Shown here: positions 49,501 through 61,500 of the stretch, piece by piece | Layout: every line of letters begins with the position of its first letter | Numbering within the stretch: position 1 is the first letter of the stretch | Assembly (NCBI GenBank): GCA_965223265.1 | Contig: OZ244999.1 | Location: 6,656,001-6,720,000 of the forward strand | Length of the DNA: 64,000 bases | Origin: Planctomycetota bacterium | GTDB taxonomy: Bacteria > Planctomycetota > UBA8108 > SXIK01 | Direction of reading: 5' to 3' | Program-made: the position numbers and the translations under genes | The notes under the pieces: model-generated | Databases searched by the model: none | The model's input: only the letters and a program-made list of their open reading frames with translations | What the model was told of the DNA's origin: nothing

Positions 49501-52500
49501 TTCAGGCGTCCCGCGGCGATGTCGCCGGCGCTGATGGCGTCGAGCGCCACCACAGCCTCTCCAGCGTCTACGACACCGTCGAGGTCGGCATCGACATACA
49601 GCGTGCCGACCGACGTCGTCGTCGTGGCGATCACGTTCAAGAGTGCGTTCGCCGGGCTGTCGTTCGGGTCCGTGAACCCGAAATCGCCCGCGATGAACAC
49701 GTAGTCCGTGTCTTCTAGCGTCGTCACCGTGTTCGCCGTGCCGACCGGTGCGTCATTGACGCTCGTCACGTCGATGGTCATCACCCGCGCGGTGGTGTCT
49801 GTATCAGCGCCGCTGTTGAGCGTACCGCCATCGTCCTGGACCTGAAACGTGAACGAGTCGTAACCCACGCCCGTAGCGCCTGGCACCGGCCGGAACTTCA
49901 GACGACCCGCGGCGATGTCGGCCACACTGATCGAGTCCAAGGCCGTCACTGCTTCACCGCCGTCCACGACACCGTCGAGGTCGGCATCGACATACAGCGT
50001 GCCGACCGACGTCGTCGTCGTGGCGATCACGTTCAAGAGTGCGTTCGCCGGGCTGTCGTTCGGGTCCGTGAACCCGAAATCGCCCGCGATGAACACGTAG
50101 TCCGTGTCTTCAAGTGTCGTCACCGTGTTCGCCGTGCCTACGGGCGCGTCATTGACGCTCGTCACATCGATGGTCATCGTCCGCGGCGTCGGATCGGTGT
50201 CGACGCCGCCATTCAAAGTGCCGCCGTCGTCCTGGACCTGGAACGTGAACGAGTCGTAGCCCGCTCCATGGGCATCCACCGCGGGCTGGAACTTCAGACG
50301 ACCGGCAGCGATGTCGGCGACGCTGATCGCGTCAAGCGCAGCGACAGCTTCACCTGCGTCGACCACGCCGTCGAGGTCAGCGTCGACGTAGAGCGTTCCC
50401 GTCGAGGTAGTCGTGCTTGCGATCACGTTCAGTAGCGCGTTCGCCGGACTGTCGTTCGGATCACTGAAGCCAAAGTCACCCGCCCCAAAAACGTAGTCCG
50501 CGCCCTCGAGAGTTGTGACCGTATTCGCTGTGCCCGCGGGCGCATCGTTCACCGCGGTGATGTCCACGTTGACGCTGCCGAGGATCACTGTTCCGCCACC
50601 GCCGCTTCCGGTGTGCCCGCCGTCACTGATTTCTATTTGGATAGCGTCGGCGTTGTCGCCGGCGGTGTGGATCGTCCCATGCTGGTATAGAATCCGTACG
50701 GGCGAATCGATGAACGAATTGAGGTCGGCGACCGACCCGATCAGCGACAAAATCCCGGTACCACTTCCGAACACGGTGACGTCGACATCGGAAGACGACA
50801 CAAGATTCCCACCAGTACTCGTACGCAACGTCAAAGTGACCAACTGATTGCCAGAGTCGACGTCACTGAGATCGATGGCAGACAGGTCGATGAAGCTAGC
50901 AACGTCCTCGATCACGGTCAAATCGGTTGGTAGTGATCCAACGTTGGTGGGGTCGTCGTTAACGGCTGTCACGTCAATCGTCATCGTCCGTGGCGTCGGA
51001 TCAGTGTCGACGCCGCTGTTCAGCGTGCCGCCATCATCCTGAACCTGGAAAGTAAACGTCGTGTACGGCGTCCCACTTGCATCCGCCACGGGCTGGAACT
51101 TCAGGTTCCCTGCCGCGATGTCAGCACTGCCAATCGAATCGAGCGCTGCGACAGCCTCGCCAGCGTCGACGGTGCCATCAGCGTCGGCGTCGACATAGAG
51201 CGTGCCAGCTGACGGTGCTGTTGCCACCACCACGTTCAGAAGCGTGTTCGAAGGGCTGTCGTTCGGGTCCGTGAAGCCAAAATCTCCGGCGACGAAGACG
51301 TAGTCGGTGTCTTCGTTTGTGGTCACGGTATTGTTCGAACCAACAGGTGCATCATTGACGCTCGTCACATCGATTGCCATCGTCCGCGCGGTGGTGTCCG
51401 TGTCGACGCCACCGTTGAGCGCACCACCATCATCCTGCACTTGGAACGTGAACGAGTCGTAGCCCGTGCCGTGGGCATCCGCCACCGGCTGGAACTTCAG
51501 GCGGCCAGCGGCGATGTCGGTCGCACTGATCGCATCGAGCGCAACGACTGCTTCGCCGACGTCGACTACGCCATCGAGATCTGCGTCTACATAGAGCGTG
51601 CCAGCCGTCGTCGTCGTCGCGGCAATCACGTTGAGCAGCGCGTTCGCTGGGCTGTCGTTCGGATCAGTGAAACCGAAGTCGCCCGCAGCGAACACATAGT
51701 CCGTGTCCTCCAGCGTCGTCACCGTGTTCGCTGTGCCGACGGGTGCGTCGTTGACGCTGGTGACGTCGATGGTCATCGTCCGCGGCGTCGGATCGGTGTC
51801 CATGCCGCTGTTGAGCGTGCCGCCGTCATCCTGCACTTGGAACGTAAACGAGTCGTAGCCCGTGCCATGGGCATCAGCCACCGGCTGGAACTTCAGGCGG
51901 CCAGCTGCGATGTCGGCCGCACTGATCGAGTTCAGGGCAACCACCGCTTCACCCGCGTCCACCACGCCGTCAAGATCCGCGTCAACATAGAGCGTGCCCG
52001 TTGACGTCGTCGTCGTGGCGATCACATTGAGAAGTGCGTTCGACGGGCTGTCGTTCGGGTCAGTGAAACCGAAATCGCCCGCCGTGAACACGTAGTCTGT
52101 GTCTTCCAGTGTCGTCACGGTGTTCGCGGTGCCCACCGGCGCGTCGTTAACGCTCGTCACGTCGATCGTCATGGTCCGCGGCGTCGGATCGGTGTCCACG
52201 CCGCCGTTGAGCGTACCACCATCATCCTGCACCTGGAACGTGAAGGAGTCGTAGCCCGTGCCGTGGGCATCAGCCACCGGCTGAAATTTGAGACGACCAG
52301 CAGCAATGTCCACGGCACTGATGGAGTCCGAAGCCGCCACCGTTTCACCCGCATCCACAACACCGTCGAGATCCGCGTCGACGTAAAGCGTTCCCACCGA
52401 CATCGTTGTCGTTGCGATCACGTTGAGGAGCGCGTCCGCCGGGCTGTCGTTCGGGTCACTGAAGCCAAAGTCGCCGGTCGTGAACACGTAGTCCGTGTCC

Positions 52501-55500
52501 TCCAGTGTCGCCACCGTGTTCGCCGTGCCTACCGGAGCATCGTTGACTGAAGCTACCGTTAGATTCACCGTGGTACGAGTCTGATTCGACGTTAGGTCAG
52601 CGACCTGCGTGCTGCCAAGCTCCGTGCTGAAGATCTGGAGTGAATCGAGAAAGCCGCCGAAACGTCGGTCCGGGTCGAAATCCTGGCGCACACCGACATA
52701 AGCGTTGCCCGCCGGGTCCACACCGTCTGAGCCTCGAGAGTCGCTGGAAGCGAACGTGCCGTCAACGTACACACGCGCTCCGGTCGCACCAACGGTCAGT
52801 GTGTAAGTGTGCCACTGGCCGTCGCCAACGAGCGCGTTGATATCGACCTCGAGAGCAAAATTGTCCAGAGTATCGTTACCATCCCGGACCACCGTCCGCA
52901 GCATTCCCGGAGATGTCGCGTGTGCGTCCTCGACGATGAAGACGTTAAGACTATTGAAATCGTTGATATCGCCATGGCTGTAGAGGTACTGAAATAGGCC
53001 ACCGTTGATTTCGTCGACTTTGAACTCGAGCGAGAGCGTGAACTCACTGTTGTACGAGATGTCCGGAAGTTCTACGTATTCGCCGCTGACTTCATCGAAG
53101 CCGAGCGCACTCCCGAAGTCACCCGCGACGGTGCTCGTGCCATTGAGCGTGCCGTCCGCACCGCCGATCGCATCCACCGCGTTGCCGTCGAATCCCCAGT
53201 AGTTCTGCACCCCAGCACCCGCGTCCGCGACGACGTAATCGAAGCTATCTGCACCCAAGAAACCCGGGTCTGGAGTGTAGGTCAACGTTCCATCGCCGTT
53301 ATCGATCACCGAACCGTTCGCCGGCTGTGTGAAGTCAACGACCGAGATCGCATCTCCATCTGCGTCCGTGTCATTGGTCGTTGGATCGAAGACGAGCGGA
53401 GTGTCCTCGTCAGTGTTGAGAGAGTCTGCCACCGCGACGGCGAGGCTGTTGGACACTGGAAGTGCGGCGATCACGTTTAACGAGAATTCAGATGTCGATC
53501 CGTACGCCAATCCGTCGTCGACACCAACCTGACCTGCATCCGTGATCTCCGTCGCGGTGGCTGAGATTCGGTCGGCAGCAGGGACTCCGACTCCGAATAG
53601 CGTCGTGTCAATCGTCGCATCGCCGGATCCATCCGTCGTGACACTCACAGTGCCAAGGTAGACACTCCCCTCTCCGTGGCCGCTGGCGTCCTCGGTGCCC
53701 AAGGGGCTGTTGAAAAAGTCGATGCGGTACTCTGCAGCGACCTTGGTGCTGAGCGTCCCAACGACGTGAAGATCACTCCCCAGCACTTCGGCAAGCGTCA
53801 ACACCGGAAAGTTCTGCAGGTCGTTGCCACCCAAGTCTGCGTCGCCCCCGTCGTTCGCGGTGACGAAATCACCAGTCATCGTTGCATTTGCGCTCAGATC
53901 GATTCCCAGGTCGCCGTTGCCAAAAATCTGGTTTCGCAGGAACGTGTGTCCAGACGCTCCTGTGAGGACGACGATTCCATCACCCGAGTTCCCAGAAACC
54001 TCATTGTCACGAACTACCGAATCGATTCCGGCGCGGATTCCGATCCCGGCGGTCTGATCTGCATCACCAAAGCCGTTGCCCTTGATGACGTTGTTTTCGA
54101 CGATGATGTTCGAGAGCGCACCAGACGCGAAATCGATACCGAAGCCGCTGTTACCGATGACTTCGTTTCCAGAGATCAAGAGGCCAATAGCGCCGTTGAG
54201 GAGCGTGACACCGTCACCTATCGTCGCGACAGCTCCATTGTCTCTCAAAACGCTGTTGCTGACTTGTCCACCACTGGTGCTGTCGAAGACGATTCCCACT
54301 TCCCCGCTTCGGGTGACCGTCACTCCGTCGATGAGCGCGTTGTCACCCGTGACGACAATTCCGTGGCCCGTCGGTGCCGCCGTGGCAACGCCATTGATGC
54401 CGATGGAGTAGATCGACACGTCATCTGCTACGACGTCGAAGCCAGGCCCTGCAACAGTCTCCGTATAGTCGACCACAACTTCGGGGCCCGTCGTGACTTC
54501 CACGACCGCTGGATTGTTATCGCCTGAGAACGACTCCTGGGTTCGGCCGTCAATGACAACTGCGTCGGTGATCGCCGGCAGAGCGGAACTGACCGTGATC
54601 GTGTGCAGCGCGGCTCCAGGGATGTTGAAGTGGATCTCGTCAGGTGTAGCTCCGTTAGCCGTGTTGTTCGCCGCTATGATCGCCTCACGCAGTGAGATCA
54701 AACCATCCCCCTTCGTCGCCGCAAGATTCGCAATGCTGGAGGTATCACCGTTGACCAGATCGTCTGTGGTGTCTACGATCACGATGGATCCTGTCATCGC
54801 CACGAGACTGACAGCAAACTCCGACGTCGATGACGTCGTGAGATCCGTCGCTGTCGCACTGACGAATTCTCCTGCGGCTACCGTCGCGCTGAGCGAGAGG
54901 CCAAAACTTCCGCTGCCGGCGCCATCCGTCGTGACGGTGAGAGACCCGAGGTAGCGCTCTCCTTCGCCGCTGCCACTGCCGTCAACTGATGCGTTGGCGA
55001 ACAATTCAATCCGAAAGGCCCTGGAAGCGGTACTTTCAAGCGTTCCCGAGATTGACAACGTTCCTACGCCATCGGTGAAAGCGGTCGCGATCACCGGAAC
55101 ATTCTGCAGTCCATTCGCTCCGACGTCCCCGTCGCCGGCGTCGTTCGCAGTCACTCCGAACCCGTCTTCGCTACCGCCGACCAGATCGACTCCAAGGCCA
55201 ACGTTCGAGTGGATGGCATTCCCAAGGATGCTCACTCCAGAGGCCGCGCCGCGAACCTCGATCCCGTTCTCGCCGTTGAAGGCGATCACGTTCCCTTCAC
55301 CGGCAGCGGTGCTGCCGATGGCTACCCCGGTCCCCTCAACGCGAATACCGTCGCTGCCATTCGCCACTGGCGACGTCCCGGTGGCGTCGGTGCCGATCAA
55401 GTTGCCGAAGATGTCGCTGCTCGTGCTCCCGACCACGACATCGATTCCCCATCGGGTGTTGCCGGAGATGACGTTCCCCAAAGCCCCAGCTCCGCCGATC

Positions 55501-58500
55501 GTGTTCGACGACGAACTGCCCGTCAGCCGGATCCCCAGGTCGTTGGCCACGGCTCCTGTTCCGCTAGCATTCGTTCCGATGTAGTTGCCGTACACGACGT
55601 TGTTGGCCGTGGCCATGGCCAGTCCTGTTTGCACGTTGCCGGAGATCACATTGCCTTCGCCCGGTGCGCTGCCACCAATGGTGTTGCCGTCAGCGCCCGT
55701 GGAGAGAAACACACCCTCGCCCTGGTTCGAAACAGCAGACGATCCGGTGACGTCGGTACCGATGAGATTGCCGAGAAGCGTGTTCCCCGTCGTGCCTGCG
55801 TCCGAGAGATTGACGCCCTGGTTCAGGTTGCCTGAGATCAAATTACTCTCGCCGACCCCGGAGCCTCCAATCGCGTTGTTCGCAGACCCGCTGCGCAGAT
55901 TGATTCCGTCTTGACCGTTGCCTAAAGCACTTGTGCCAGCTGCGTCCGTACCAATGCGATTGCCGAGAATGGAGTTGTTCGAGGCCCCGCTCAGACTAAT
56001 GCCATTCTGTGTGTTCCCTGAAATCACGTTGTCGCGGAGCGTGTTGCCGTCGGTGAACAGGGCAACACCGTTCGCGCCATTGCCCACGGACGCCGAGCCT
56101 GCTGCGCTGACGCCGATGTAGTTCCCCAAAACGGTGTTGCTCGTCGCGGACGCGCCTGTGATCTGCACACCATCATCGTCGTTTCCTGAGATGACATTGC
56201 GGTCCGTCGCTAGAACACCGCCAATGATATTGTTTGCCCCATCGCTCACTCTGACGCCGTCCGTCGCGTTGCCAAGATCGACAGCTCCGGTGACGTCGGT
56301 GCCGATGTAGTTGCCCACGATCGAGTTGCCATCGGAACTTGTGATCTCAATCCCGTCGTCGCCGAATCGATTGATCACGAGCCCACGGACCGTGCTGCCG
56401 TCGCTCCCTGCCGTGAGTCGCAGGCCGTCGACCGCGCCGGCCGAAGCTCCATCCAGCTCAATGACAGGTGAACCGGAGAAGTCTGGTTCAGTCGTCCCGT
56501 CGATCACAACCGCGTCTGTTATGTCTGGGAGCGCCGAGGCAAGCGTGATGGTGTGAGGTCCGACACCAGAGATATCGAAGTGAATTTCATCCGGCCCACC
56601 TGTATTGGCTGTGTTGTTCGCAGCGATGATCGCCTCACGCAGCGAGATGAGCCCGTCGGCTCCACGGTTTGCCGCAAGTGCCGCGATCGAAGACAGGTCG
56701 GGCGCGTTGACGACGTCGCTGGCGGTATCCACGACAACGATGCTCACTGCTTGGACGCTCATCGAAAACTCAGATGTGTCGCTCGTACCTGAGTCCGTCG
56801 CTGTCGCGGAAACGAATTCTCCTGCTGCGACCGCGGCACTCACGGTCGCCTCAAAGCTGGCGTTGCCACTTACATCCGTTACAACGTTCGCAAAGCCGAG
56901 GTAGACCTCGCCCTCGCCATGGCCTGAAGCGTCTACAGCGGCGGTCGAGAAGAATTCGACGCGAACCGCCGTCGACGCGGTCGTGTTGAGCGTACCGCGG
57001 ACAAGTACCGTGGTGCCGGTTGTACCAACACCCGTAAGCACTGGAAAATTCTGTAGATTGTTGGCACCGCTATCCCCATCACCCGTGTCATTCGGCGTCA
57101 CGATCCCGTCGCCCGACAAGTCTATGCCGAGCTGACCGTTCGCGTAGATCGAGTTCCCCGAGATCTCGTTCCCCGCGCCAGCCGTTGGGGCCAATCTAAC
57201 GCCTACGCCGTTGTTGTTCGCAATGATGTTGCCCGCGCCAGGGGCAGTACCGCCAAGCGTATTGCTGGCCGCATTGTCGCCGACGAACACTCCGTCCTGG
57301 AGGTTGCCAAACGCGACCGTCCCAGTGCTGTCCGTGCCGATGAAGTTACCCTGCACAACGTTTCCGGTGGTACCGGAATTCGTCAGAATCAACCCTTCGA
57401 ACGTGTTCCCCGAAAGAACGTTACTCGCCCCGGGAGTCGTACCACCGATCGTGTTTCCTGTCGCGCCGCCGTTGATCGTGATGGCGCGGGTATTCGGCAG
57501 CACACCCGACTCTCCCGCGTTGAGACCAACGATGTTGCCTTCGACAACGTTGCCGCTGGAGGTGTTAAAAATCCAGAGCGCGGCGCCGGAGTTCCCGGAG
57601 ATCACGTTGCCCTCTCCCGGCGCGGCGCCGCCGATCTGGTTGTTGTCACTCAGCGACATTTGAATTCCACCGATGTTGGCGATCGCCACACTACCAGTGG
57701 CGTCGGTGCCGATGTAGTTCCCCTGAATCGTGTTGCCGTCGGAGGACGTCAGACTCACGCCCGCCGATCCGTTTCCAGAGATCACATTGCGCGCCTCTGG
57801 CGAGTCACCGCCGATCAAGTTCCCGGCGGAGGAATTCGTGATCTCGATCCCTTGCGATCCGTTACCGAGAATGACGGCGCCGCTGAGGTCAAGGCCGATC
57901 GTGTTGCCCTGGACGACGTTGTTGCTCGTCTGGCTCATGTGAACGCCTCGGGACGTGTTCCCCGAAATGACGTTTCCGGCGCCGGGCGCAGTGCCGCCGA
58001 TCGTGTTGCTAGCAGCATTGCCGTTGATGGAAACACCGTTGCCGCTGTTTCCGATGGCGCTTGAACCTCCGACGTCCGTACCAATCAAATTGCCGAGGAC
58101 GCTGTTACCGTCGGAGCCGGCGCCGGTGATCTGCACCCCACCCCCATCGTTTCCGGAGATGACGTTGCCCGCGCCCACTCCTGTGCCACCGATCGTGTTT
58201 CCTGTCGACCCCGACGCGACGTTGATGCCGTTGAGGTTGTTTCCGAGGTCCTGGGTCCCCGTCACATCAACCCCGATGAAGTTTCCGATGATGTTGTTAC
58301 CCGTGACACCAATCAGTCGGACGCCGTATTGGTCGTTTCCCGAAATGACGTTTCGGTCAACGGACGAAACACCGCCGATGACGTTGTTGTTGGAGCTGAG
58401 GGAGATCAGAATTCCATCTAAGGTATTCCCCAGATCGATCGTCCCTGTCACATCCGTGCCGACGTAGCTTCCGGCGATCGTGTTGCCGTCTCCCGTGCCA

Positions 58501-61500
58501 AGTTGAACACCGTCAGACGAGAATTGGTTGATGACGAGCCCACGCACGGTGCTGCCGCCGCCCAGTACTCGGAGGCCCTCCATGCCGCCACCGACGAGGA
58601 GGCTGCCGTCAATTTCGATGACCGGCTTGCCGTTGAATCCCGTTTGAGTGGCTGCGTCGAGAACGACGGGGTCGTTGAGAGATGGTAGCTCTGTGGTGGT
58701 CACTTGGATGCGCCACCAACTGTAGCCGACCCCACCTGGATAGTCAGGGTCGAAGTCGACGATACTAGCATCGTCGAGCGTCGTCGCTGCCACTGTCGTC
58801 AGCGAATTCGCGATCCCGTCGTCTTGATAGTAGAGATGGTTAGGATCTGACAGGGGAATGTCGAACTGAATCTCGTCGGGCGAGATGCCGTTCGCGGAAG
58901 CATTCGCAGCGATGATGGCCTCCCGTAGCGACACCAATCCATCAGGCCCCTTGTTGCCCATGAGCGCGGCGATCGACGAGAGGTCGGGAGCGTCGGCAAC
59001 ATCGCTGGTGGTGTCGACGACCACCGCAGTTACCGCCTGAACGTTGGCGGCGAACTCCGAAGTATCGCTCGTCGTCAAGTTGGTCGCAGTGGCCGAGATG
59101 AAGTCTCCGGCCGCCACGCTAGCGGTCAACGACACACTGAAGCTCGCGTTTCCGGTCGCGTCCGTCGTCACGTTCGCGAATCCAAGGTAGGTTTCGCCTT
59201 CGCCGTGGCCACTGCCGTCGGTCACAGCGTTCGAAAAGAACTCCACTCGTAGCGTCGTGGACGCGCTTGTGTCGAGGCTGCCATGGATCCGAATCGTCGT
59301 GCCGGTCGTGCCTGCGTTCGTCAGCACTGGGTGATTCTGAAGATTGTTTGCCCCCGCGTCACCGTCGCCAACGTCGTTGGCGTCGACGGTGCCATTCGCG
59401 TCGAGATCAATCCCGAGACTACTATTGGCGAAGAATGAATTGCCGAGAATCTGATTCCCCGTCCCCGACAAGATCTGCACGGCGTTCAGGTTGTTCGCAA
59501 TGACGTTGCCATCGTTTGCTCCGGTGCCGCCGATCGTATTGTTGGAGGCGCTCATCCGGATGCCGTGGCCGTTACCGAAATCTCCGCTACCGTTGATGTC
59601 GACTCCGATGTAGTTGCCACGAATGACATTTCCTGAAGACGCCGTGATCTCCATGCCAGCGAAGCTGTTAGAGGAAATCACGTTCCGCTCACCCACTGTC
59701 GCACCGCCGACGATCGAATTGCTCGAAGTGATCAGGACGATGCCGGAAAAGCCGTTGCCGAGCGCTGACAAGCCATCCGCCGACAGCCCAACGAGATTGC
59801 CCTGAATGACGGTGCCATCTGCAGAGCCAGAGACCATGAGTCCATTGCTCGAGTTCCCCGAGATCAAGTTCTCGATGACTTGCGTACCGGCCGCGCCGGA
59901 GATTGTGACCCCGGTTGAGTTCGAGATCGCTGCGGATCCTAAGGAGTCCGTACCGACGTAGTTGCCTCGGATGATGTTGTCGTCAGATCCAACGGTGGTG
60001 ACGGCGATCCCCGTTGAGCCATTGCCGGACACGACGTTCCGTTGGTCGGAAGTCGTACCACCGATCGTATTGTTGTTCGCACCGTTGGAGATAGCGACTC
60101 CGTCCGCATTGCCAAGAGCCGCGGTTCCTGTCACGTCGAGGCCGACCAGGTTTCCACGCACAGTGTTGAAATCAGCGTTGGTGATCTCGATTCCTGTTGA
60201 GTCATTGCCAGAGATCAAGTTGCCCGCTCCAGCGACTCCGGTACCGACGCTGTTCCCCGAGGCGCTGTTGGCAATCCGCACGCCGACAAAGAGGTTGCCT
60301 CGATCGAGAAGACCAGTCACATCCGTGCCGATGAGATTGTTGACGATTGAATTGCCGCTCGTCCCCACACCTTCGAACTGGACGCCGTGGACGTCGTTAC
60401 CCGAAATGACGTTCCCCGCAGCGCCCAAACTTCCGATGACATTGCTTGAAGCACCTAGGGAGAGGTGGACTCCGTCGCCGCCGTTGCCGCGCACGATGTC
60501 GCCGTCCGCAGCCAACCCAATGAAGTTGGCCTGGATGACGTTCGAGCTTGTGCCGATGCCTGATATCTCTATGCCGTCGCCATCATTGGCGGAGATCACA
60601 TTGCGTTCGCTGACGCTGCCGCCGATCTGGTTGCTCTGTGCGCCGGCTTCGATCCTCACTCCGTCCAGCGAATTGCCGCGCTCGCCCGCGCCGTCGGCTG
60701 CCAGGCCGATGTAGTTCCCCTGGAGCAGATTGCTGTCAGCACCCGCGCCGGTGATCAGAATGCCGTTGCCGCCGTTCGCCGAGATGATGTTGCGCTCGGC
60801 GATGTCTGCCCCACCGACGCGCCCGCCGCTACTGCCAGCGGATATTTGGATCCCGTCACCGCCGTTGGGAAGCGCAGAAGAACCGTTGAGGTCAAGGCCG
60901 ATGACGTTGTCCGTGACCACGGTATTCGTGCCGAAGATGGCAATCCCATCGTCAGTGTTGGCTGAGATGACATTCCCGTCGACGAGTGTGCCGTCTGCCG
61001 TGGCCGAAATCGTGACACCAACGTCGTTGCCGAAAGTCCCAGTGCCAGCGCCGTCAACACCGATGTGGTTAGCCTCGATGCGAACGTTGTCGGCGTTGAC
61101 GACGATGCCACTCTCTCCAATGTCGGCGAAACCGCCAATCGCGAACCCCTTGACGCGGACACCGTCTGCGTCGATGACGAGACCATCATCGCTGACACCG
61201 CCAGCCGTGCCGTCGAGGACGATGACCGGTAGGCCAGCGTAATCCGGCTCGGTCGTGGCATCGATGAAAAGGGTATCTGAGATGGCCGGCAACGCAGAGC
61301 CGACCTGAATCGTGTGCGCACCCCCCACAAGTGGATCGCTGATGTTGAACTGAATGACGTCTGGTCCAGCCGTGCCGTTCGTGGCAGTGATCGCCTCACG
61401 CAGCGAGATCCTGCCGTCACCGCCAACATCTCCCAGCAGATTCGCCACAGTTGACGGATCCGGCGCGTCGATCGTGTCGCTCGTCGTGTCGACGACCAAC

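Noticed and set aside
44610-52550. CRISPR array or DGR template/variable repeat pair
   Set aside because: Units are 396-bp in-frame coding repeats with mostly synonymous differences, no unique spacers, no adenine-specific variation, and no cas or reverse transcriptase gene in the window
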